Shown: positions 57,892 to 64,000 of the stretch, piece by piece
Position numbering within the stretch: position 1 is the stretch's first letter
Layout of the letters: each line of letters begins with the position of its first letter
Assembly (NCBI GenBank): GCA_038831915.1
Contig: JAWBKB010000007.1
Location: 1 to 64,000 of the forward strand
Reading direction: 5' to 3'
Length of the DNA: 64,000 bases
Source: Candidatus Caldarchaeum sp.
GTDB lineage: Archaea; Thermoproteota; Nitrososphaeria_A; Caldarchaeales; Caldarchaeaceae
The notes under the pieces: model-generated
The model's input: the letters and a program-made list of their open reading frames with translations, nothing else
Told to the model about the DNA's origin: nothing
Database searches by the model: none
Position numbers and translations under genes: made by a program

Positions 57892-58341
57892 ATGCGAGTC
57901 GAACTTGACGAAAAAGATATGAAAATCTTAGAGGAGTTGACGGAAAACGCCGACCAATCTATTTCGGCGTTGGCAGCTAAAATAAAGATGCCTCGGACCA
58001 CCGTGCAGGAAAGGATACGGCGGCTCAAACAGATGGGAGTTATTAGAAAATTCACCATTCAGGTTGACCATGCTAAGCTCGGTAAACCAGCTACAGCATA
58101 TATACTAATCTCTTTCGAGCAAGGAACTGTGTCACAGAAAAAACTGGCGGAGGAGATTGCTCGGCTACCTGAAGTCGTAGAGGCACACGTTATCACAGGC
58201 GAATGGGACATCATCGTTAAGGTTCGCTCTGAATCCATGCAGAGCATCGGCACACTGGTCGTGGATAAGTTGCGAGGAATGCCCGGAGTTGGAAAAACCA
58301 TCACCTGCGTCTCGCTTGCATCAGTCAAAGAATCGGCGTGA
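57892..58341 (+). CDS. Lrp/AsnC transcriptional regulator
   Basis: LDEKDMKIL, RIRRL..GVI, ITGEWD. Confidence 0.93.
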   Translation: MRVELDEKDMKILEELTENADQSISALAAKIKMPRTTVQERIRRLKQMGVIRKFTIQVDHAKLGKPATAYILISFEQGTVSQKKLAEEIARLPEVVEAHVITGEWDIIVKVRSESMQSIGTLVVDKLRGMPGVGKTITCVSLASVKESA

Positions 58342-58351
58342 GCGGCCCTCC

Positions 58352-59137
58352 ATGATCCTCGGCGGTGTGAAAGGTCTAGTTCTCGACTTGGATGGCTGCG
58401 TCTACGTCGGCGACACACCTGTTGACGGCGCTCCTGAGGCGATTGAAACGCTTCAGCGACATTTCAAACTTCTGTATCTCACGAACAATTCTACTTTAAC
58501 TCGGAAACAATACGCGGAGAAACTCCGCAGAATGGATATAAACGCTGAACCGAATCAAATTCTCACATCCGGATATGTTGCGGTAAATTACATTCTATCC
58601 ATCAATCCGCGAGCGCGAATCCTCGTGGTCGGTGAAGACGGTGTTACTGTTGAAGCATTGGAAGCGGGTCTCGAAGTCGTAGACCACAACGAATGGAGGC
58701 GAGCTGATTTCGTGGTAGTTGGGTTGGACCGCAAACTTACTTACGAAAAACTCGCTAACGCCGCCCTCGCGATAAGTGCAGGGGCAAAATTCATCGCAAC
58801 AAACCTCGACCATGTTTATCCGTCTGAAAGAGGATTTTTACCCGGGGCAGGCTCAATCGCAGCACTGTTGGCAACAACCACGAAGGTCACGCCATACGCT
58901 GTTGGAAAACCAGAGAAGCAATCATCAGAAATTGCTTTAAAAATGCTCGGGCTCTCCAAAGAAGGAGTTGTCTTCGTCGGAGACCGAGTCGACACAGACG
59001 TTAAAGCCGGTAAAATAGTAGGATGTAGAGCTGTGTTGGTCAAAACTGGTGCGTTTAAGCTTCTCGGGGGTTTGACCGGAGAAGCCGATGCCGTAATCGA
59101 ATCCGTTGCCGATTTACCCCAGCTGCTGGGAATATAG
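58352..59137 (+). CDS. HAD-IIA hydrolase (NagD-like)
   Basis: DLDG, LTNNS, GKP, VGDRVDTD. Confidence 0.92.
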   Translation: MILGGVKGLVLDLDGCVYVGDTPVDGAPEAIETLQRHFKLLYLTNNSTLTRKQYAEKLRRMDINAEPNQILTSGYVAVNYILSINPRARILVVGEDGVTVEALEAGLEVVDHNEWRRADFVVVGLDRKLTYEKLANAALAISAGAKFIATNLDHVYPSERGFLPGAGSIAALLATTTKVTPYAVGKPEKQSSEIALKMLGLSKEGVVFVGDRVDTDVKAGKIVGCRAVLVKTGAFKLLGGLTGEADAVIESVADLPQLLGI

Positions 59138-59174
59138 TAAATGATTTATTCGACTAATAACAATAGTAGATGCG

Positions 59175-59558
59175 TTGCAGTCAATCAAGGTCTCTGAAAT
59201 AATGTCTCGGAAACTCGTCACGGCTCGCGAAGATGAAAAAGTGGCTGAAGTGGCTGAAAAAATGCTTCATGCAAGGGTTAGCAGCGTGGTTATTATGTCT
59301 GACGATAACGTTGCAGGTATTGTGACGGAGAAAGATTTTGTGAAGTTTTTCGCGCTCCGCGTGCAGCACCACGCGCCTATCAAGCTCTTCATGACCCGCG
59401 ACGTTATAACGATAAGGGAGGATAAATCCGTCAACGACGCCCGCAACATCATGCTTTCCAACAACATCCGCCACCTCCCAGTGGTTAACACCGAGGGAAA
59501 GCTCGTCGGCATGCTAACCACGAGGGACATAATCGAATCCGTGCTGACATTAATTTAA
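59175..59558 (+). CDS. CBS-domain protein
   Basis: GIVTEKD, IRHLPVV, GMLTTRD. Confidence 0.9.
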   Translation: MQSIKVSEIMSRKLVTAREDEKVAEVAEKMLHARVSSVVIMSDDNVAGIVTEKDFVKFFALRVQHHAPIKLFMTRDVITIREDKSVNDARNIMLSNNIRHLPVVNTEGKLVGMLTTRDIIESVLTLI

Positions 59559-59559
59559 C

Positions 59560-59614
59560 GGCTCAGATACCCCAGAGAACATCACTGTTCAATTTTTCTG
59601 AGGTCATCATCGCC
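59560..59614 (-). ncRNA. C/D-box methylation guide sRNA
   Basis: GGC-G-AUGAUGA(C)-CCUCAGAAAAA-UUGA(D')-ACA-GUGAUGU(C')-UCUCUGGGGUAU-CUGA(D)-GCC with terminal stem; intergenic. Confidence 0.8.
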
Positions 59615-59638
59615 AAGCATACGTGACTGTGTTAGGAT

Positions 59639-62107
59639 TTAGAGTTTGCCTTCGATCCTGTATATCCTTTCCGAAAGTCTTCGGTTTTCTTCCTTTATCC
59701 GTTCCAGCTCCTCGCGCAAAGCCTTGTATTCCACACCCTTTTCCAAGTTGTCGCGAATCTTTTTCGCAACCTCTCGAGCACCCCTTCTCGCTCTTTCGTT
59801 GAGGTCTTTTTCCGCCATCTTGTCCAAAATCTTTAGCAGCCGTGGGTCCATCATTTCACGGGCAGCCGCGATGACGGCGTGACGAACCCGCTCACTTTCG
59901 TCTTCAGAAAGCTTTTCAAGAATTTCGTATGCCTCTCTTTTGTCGGGAAACTTCGCCAAAGCTACGGTAGCGGCGACTCGAACAGGAGTAGGATAGTCGT
60001 GCTGGGTTCTCTTGACGACGATTTCGAAGGCCCGCTCAAAACCCGTCTCGGCCAAGCCTGTAACAGCTCCCGAAGAAATCACTTCAGCGTGAGAACGAAA
60101 TTCAAGCGCCCGCTCCAACACCGGCGGAGAATCTTCTATCTTCAGCCTTCCCAAACTAATGCAAGCGCTTTGCCGCACATAATATGATTCACGGCTGTCT
60201 TCGACGATTTTCTTCAAAACATCAAATACTTCACTGTCCTTCTCAAATCCACCCAACGCTTCAACAACGCCTCTCCTAACCTTCGGATTAACGACATGTT
60301 TTTCAAGATCTATCAACGCCTGTTTCGCATCCGCCGATTTGATTTCACCCAACGCCTTCGCCGCCCTGTATGAAATGCCCCAGAACGGGTAATCCGTCAC
60401 CAATTTTTTCAACGCATCGACAGCTCGTTTGCCCCCGATTTTAGCCAGCGACTCTATCATTTCGAGCCGGCAGACAACGCTTCTGCATGAATGAACAGCT
60501 TTGAGCAATTCCTCCAAAGGTCTTTCCACTTCGATTGATCGCAGGATTTTGAAATCCGGGTCGAAGCAGACATGGACAGGCCTTTCCTTGAACGGGATGT
60601 ATAATGTCGTTTCACGTTGCTCCAGCGAAACTTTCCTAATAATTTTTTCGCCATCGGTAGATACATGAACTTCAAGCTCCAGGCCATATGTTTCAGGAGC
60701 GTCATTCTGCTGTACTTGTTTGACGTTGATTTTCAACGTCTTGTATTCGTCTTCCCAGCGGTAGCTCGCCTTAATTGTCGGATGGCCCGCCGAATACACT
60801 AATTCTTCGAAAATCTGGTCAAGCGGTATTCCTGATGCTTGTTCAAGTGCTTTACGGAGGTCTTCAGTGTCAGCTACATCATACTGATGCTTTTGAAGGA
60901 ATATGCGCAACGCTTTTCTAAAATTATCCTCGCCCACGATGTTTGATATTGTGTGCAACACAAGGCCGCCTTTAGGATAGGCGTGCCTGTCGAATAATTC
61001 CTCCGGATACTTGTAAACTCTAAAAACAACAGGCCTTGAATATCTTCTTCGGTATTCGTCGAGATAAGATTGTAGGTCGTTGTAAAGCTCGTAGAGGAAT
61101 TCGTCATTTCCCTTGTCGTGCCTAAGGTAGAGGTTTTCAAGGTATGTTGCGAAGGATTCGTTGAGCCAGATGTGTGACCAGTCACGGCATGTTACGAGGT
61201 CGCCGAACCATTGATGTGCCAGCTCGTGAGCAACAAGCGGGTCGCTTGAAAAATCCATGTGTGCATGGTCGTCGTGAAGAGTCAAATCCGTCAAAGTCGT
61301 CGCCGTCGTGTTTTCCATCCCGCCGACAACAAATTCAGGAACACAAACCTGTCGATAAACAGTGAAAGGATATGGATAACCCAGATAATCGCTGAAAAAC
61401 TTCAACATGTCAGCGGTCTTCGCGAACGAATTCTTCACATAAGCTTTCATCCCCTTGGGAACATAGTATTCCAACTTGACACCGTCAACGGTCTCCTCCT
61501 CCTTGTCAAACACACCCGCCACGAAGCTCACGAGGTAAGCCGTATGTGGTTTGTCCATCAGCCAACGCCAAGATACAGTTCCGTCGCCATGGTCAGATGA
61601 TCCCAAAAAACTACCGTTGGAAACGACTTCAAGCGGCTTCGGAACCCTCACTATCAACTCGGTTGTAAACTTCATGTTTGGATAATCGTAAATTGGCATC
61701 CAGTTGCGGTGGTATTCAGGTTCGCCGTGACTCCAGATGGAAAAATATCCGTTACTCTTCTCTGGGGGGATGAAGTAAACTCCTGTTCTCGGCCACGCTC
61801 GGTATTTGATGTTGATTGTGTGTTTTTCGTTGGGCTTGATTTTGAGTGTGATGGTTTGGCCGTCGTAATGACTTTCGACTGCTCCGGTGATTTCGTGGAT
61901 TTCGAAGTCTACTGCGTCGAGGTATGCGGTGGAGCTGTTACCAGATAATGTAATGGAAGCGTCTCCTTCAATTTTCTTCTCGAAAGGGTTTACATAAACC
62001 GACAGTTTGTAGTGTTCGATTTTGAAACGCGGCTGCCGAGCATAACGCGGCCTGTAATCTGAAAACGCGAAATCGCGCCCGGTCCTTGGGCTGACCTGTG
62101 TAGACAT
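59639..62107 (-). CDS. pepN: M1 aminopeptidase N with HEAT-repeat C-terminus
   Basis: GGMEN, HELAH-x18-E (WLNESFA), YPKG; HEAT repeats and terminal coiled coil. Confidence 0.92.
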   Translation of the reverse strand: MSTQVSPRTGRDFAFSDYRPRYARQPRFKIEHYKLSVYVNPFEKKIEGDASITLSGNSSTAYLDAVDFEIHEITGAVESHYDGQTITLKIKPNEKHTINIKYRAWPRTGVYFIPPEKSNGYFSIWSHGEPEYHRNWMPIYDYPNMKFTTELIVRVPKPLEVVSNGSFLGSSDHGDGTVSWRWLMDKPHTAYLVSFVAGVFDKEEETVDGVKLEYYVPKGMKAYVKNSFAKTADMLKFFSDYLGYPYPFTVYRQVCVPEFVVGGMENTTATTLTDLTLHDDHAHMDFSSDPLVAHELAHQWFGDLVTCRDWSHIWLNESFATYLENLYLRHDKGNDEFLYELYNDLQSYLDEYRRRYSRPVVFRVYKYPEELFDRHAYPKGGLVLHTISNIVGEDNFRKALRIFLQKHQYDVADTEDLRKALEQASGIPLDQIFEELVYSAGHPTIKASYRWEDEYKTLKINVKQVQQNDAPETYGLELEVHVSTDGEKIIRKVSLEQRETTLYIPFKERPVHVCFDPDFKILRSIEVERPLEELLKAVHSCRSVVCRLEMIESLAKIGGKRAVDALKKLVTDYPFWGISYRAAKALGEIKSADAKQALIDLEKHVVNPKVRRGVVEALGGFEKDSEVFDVLKKIVEDSRESYYVRQSACISLGRLKIEDSPPVLERALEFRSHAEVISSGAVTGLAETGFERAFEIVVKRTQHDYPTPVRVAATVALAKFPDKREAYEILEKLSEDESERVRHAVIAAAREMMDPRLLKILDKMAEKDLNERARRGAREVAKKIRDNLEKGVEYKALREELERIKEENRRLSERIYRIEGKL

Positions 62108-62171
62108 TTGACAAGAATTTGGGTAGCGTTGTCTAAAAAAATTTATTGATGCACCAAAAATTCTACATCTG

Positions 62172-62384
62172 TTGTTGGATGAAAGGAAGATAATTGAGGC
62201 GGTGAAGCGTTTTATCGAAAGTAAATACGGGGAGTCAGAGGTGGAGGTTTCCAGAATTTATGGACGGGGTGATGTTTCTGAAGTTGCTGGCCGGTTCAGA
62301 GTTAAAGGTGATACAAAATGGCGTCGGTTTACATTTTTAATCGACTCCAAAGACTATTCCGTGAAAGGTTTCGGGCTGAGGTAG
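62172..62384 (+). CDS. Small hypothetical protein (PepSY-like pattern)
   Basis: Helix then beta strands ending FLIDSKDYSV; TTTATT box upstream. Confidence 0.55.
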   Translation: MLDERKIIEAVKRFIESKYGESEVEVSRIYGRGDVSEVAGRFRVKGDTKWRRFTFLIDSKDYSVKGFGLR

Positions 62385-62385
62385 G

Positions 62386-62676
62386 ATGAGCGAGACGGAT
62401 GAACCAGACGAGGCATTAATGGACAAAGTCGAGAAGCTGTATTCCCTAATTAACAGGATGCGATTTTATCGTGACGTGATGCTTGAACAGGAAGCTCGTA
62501 AACTTGCCGACCATGTTGAAAAGCTGCGGAAGGAAATTATGCTGACACCGGAGGAGGTTGAGAAACTCGCCGACGAGCTCGACGAATACTACATTTCAGG
62601 AACGTTTTCGCATGGAGACATGGACCCCGTCAGCTACTGGACAATGGTCGTAAAAGACCGGTTGGCTAAAAAATGA
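62386..62676 (+). CDS. Small acidic hypothetical protein
   Basis: GAGGT RBS, coupled to preceding ORF. Confidence 0.6.
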   Translation: MSETDEPDEALMDKVEKLYSLINRMRFYRDVMLEQEARKLADHVEKLRKEIMLTPEEVEKLADELDEYYISGTFSHGDMDPVSYWTMVVKDRLAKK

Positions 62677-63778
62677 CGCGAATTATGCGGTCGTCTCCAG
62701 GGGCTGGAGCTCCTCTTCCGTCTCTGTTACTGGTTAATACGTATAGATTTCCGTCTGGACCTTGAACTACGTCTCGCAGTCTACCATATGCGCCGTCGAG
62801 CAGTTTCTCCGCCGAAACAACTCTCTCCCCGTCTCTGCTGAATTCGACACGATGTAGATGTGTTCCGCGTAACGCCGCGAAGAAGAAAGAATTTTTGTAT
62901 TCTGCGTTCTTTCTGCCGTCGTGGAAGCAGCAGCCCGAAGGCGCCCAAGTCTCTGAACCGCTGTGATACACGGGCTTCCTCATACCTAGTCTTTCCTCGT
63001 CGCCTATCACATGAGGCCATCCATAGTTTTCGCCTGGCTTCACTACGTTGATTTCGTCGTGAGCTCTTCTTAGACCTTCGCCGCTGGGCCCATGGTCTGT
63101 GCAGTAAAGCGTTTTTGTTTCAGGATGCCAAGCTATTCCCTGTGGATTGCGTAACCCATAGGCGTAAACAGGGTTGTTGAACGGGTTGTCCTTGGGGACC
63201 TTACCGTCCAAAGTTAGACGTAAAATTTTTCCACCGAGCGAGTCTATTCGTTGAGATAGAGACGGCTCCCCTCCCTCTCCAGTCGTTATGTACAAGTTGT
63301 TGTCGGGACCGACCTTTATTCTTCCACCGTTGTGAATCCTTCCACCAGGTATCGGAGCAATGATTTCAACCATATCGGTCAATCCGCCGTTATATTCTGC
63401 CCGTATGACTTTGTTGAAGGTCGCCCCCTGCTCCCTGTACGTGTGATAGATGAAAAGGTAAGTTTTTCCACCCAGTTTGATGTTTTCGACGCCGTGCAAT
63501 CCACCTTCGCCAACAGCGGCCACGTCCAGATTAGCGATGGTTTCGATTCTACCGCTGCTCAAAGTGAGGTGTTTCACAGACCCGGGTCTTTCAGTAAAGA
63601 TAGCTTCGTCTTGATTGAGAAAGGTGATGGACCATGGAACTGTGAGGTTTGACGCAACCGCTTCAGTTTCTATGCCATTTTCGATTCGCGCGTGTCTCGA
63701 AAAGTTCAGGAAGAAAAGCGCGGACGCAGTCGCCGCGGTCGCTAACCCACCGACGAGCAATGCTCTGCGAGAAACCAT
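62666..63778 (-). CDS. PQQ-dependent aldose sugar dehydrogenase with Tat signal
   Basis: SRRALL Tat motif; GEGG, HNGGRI, GLRNPQG, WAPSG, GRLRDV. Confidence 0.92.
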   Translation of the reverse strand: MVSRRALLVGGLATAATASALFFLNFSRHARIENGIETEAVASNLTVPWSITFLNQDEAIFTERPGSVKHLTLSSGRIETIANLDVAAVGEGGLHGVENIKLGGKTYLFIYHTYREQGATFNKVIRAEYNGGLTDMVEIIAPIPGGRIHNGGRIKVGPDNNLYITTGEGGEPSLSQRIDSLGGKILRLTLDGKVPKDNPFNNPVYAYGLRNPQGIAWHPETKTLYCTDHGPSGEGLRRAHDEINVVKPGENYGWPHVIGDEERLGMRKPVYHSGSETWAPSGCCFHDGRKNAEYKNSFFFAALRGTHLHRVEFSRDGERVVSAEKLLDGAYGRLRDVVQGPDGNLYVLTSNRDGRGAPAPGDDRIIRVIF

Positions 63779-63840
63779 GTTCACAATGCTCGCCGTCGTT
63801 AGTTAAGCCTTTCCCCATAAATCATCGGAAATCTATGTTG

Positions 63841-63939
63841 CGGGCCCGGCGGGATTTGAACCCGCGGCCCCCGGGTTAAAAGCTTCACCGGACGAATTGA
63901 CCGTCCACCGGTGCTCTGTCCTGGCTGAGCTACGGGCCC
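63841..63939 (-). tRNA. tRNA-Lys(TTT) with 24-nt non-canonical intron at 30/31 (63884-63907)
   Basis: Acceptor GGGCCCG/CGGGCCC; splice helix CACC/GGTG with GG|T and AA|G sites, intron helix GGACG/CGTCC; spliced stem CCGGG/CCCGG around CT-TTT-AA. Confidence 0.93.
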
Positions 63940-64000
63940 GGTCAACATCGATTTGCCATCCATTCTATTTAACTTCTTCGAACCTTACATCATGTATCAT

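Noticed and set aside
1-64000. CRISPR arrays, IS elements, rRNA, PolB intein
   Set aside because: No regularly spaced repeats, transposase motifs or rRNA signatures seen; PolB1 length and motif spacing are normal

Overview
Gene-dense archaeal chromosomal segment, most likely from a Ca. Caldarchaeum (Caldiarchaeum; Aigarchaeota/Caldarchaeales) relative. The assignment rests on a ubiquitin nearly identical to the C. subterraneum one as I recall it, a crenarchaeal-type PolB1 and a Zn-ferredoxin. Most of the window is housekeeping: acs, PGI/PMI, PolB1, Pol IV, GlyRS, proteasome beta, RibK/RibL, Dph5, RtcA, NadM, ThiDN/ThiW, the HMG-CoA synthase/thiolase/DUF35 trio, an A1-type heme-copper oxidase and dispersed complex I genes. 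RNA genes are RNase P RNA, three intron-containing tRNAs (Ser-CGA, Ile-GAT, Lys-TTT) and a C/D-box sRNA. The known eukaryote-like ubiquitin operon (Ub-E2-E1-small RING plus divergent Rpn11) sits in a larger locus. That locus adds a 4-TM membrane protein whose RING has exactly the same C4HC3 spacing as the small E3, plus three coiled-coil genes, and is a candidate membrane-associated ubiquitylation system. Other oddities: a trio of paralogous winged-helix genes beside a stand-alone NurA-HerA-Ogg operon, a CBS-RING-like fusion, a NuoI with a ~130-aa insert, a split oxidase subunit II, a thiolase lacking catalytic residues, a DPM2-like protein and a frameshifted FrhB-like pseudogene. No CRISPR array, transposase or integrase was seen. 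All calls come from reading motifs by eye; no searches were run.
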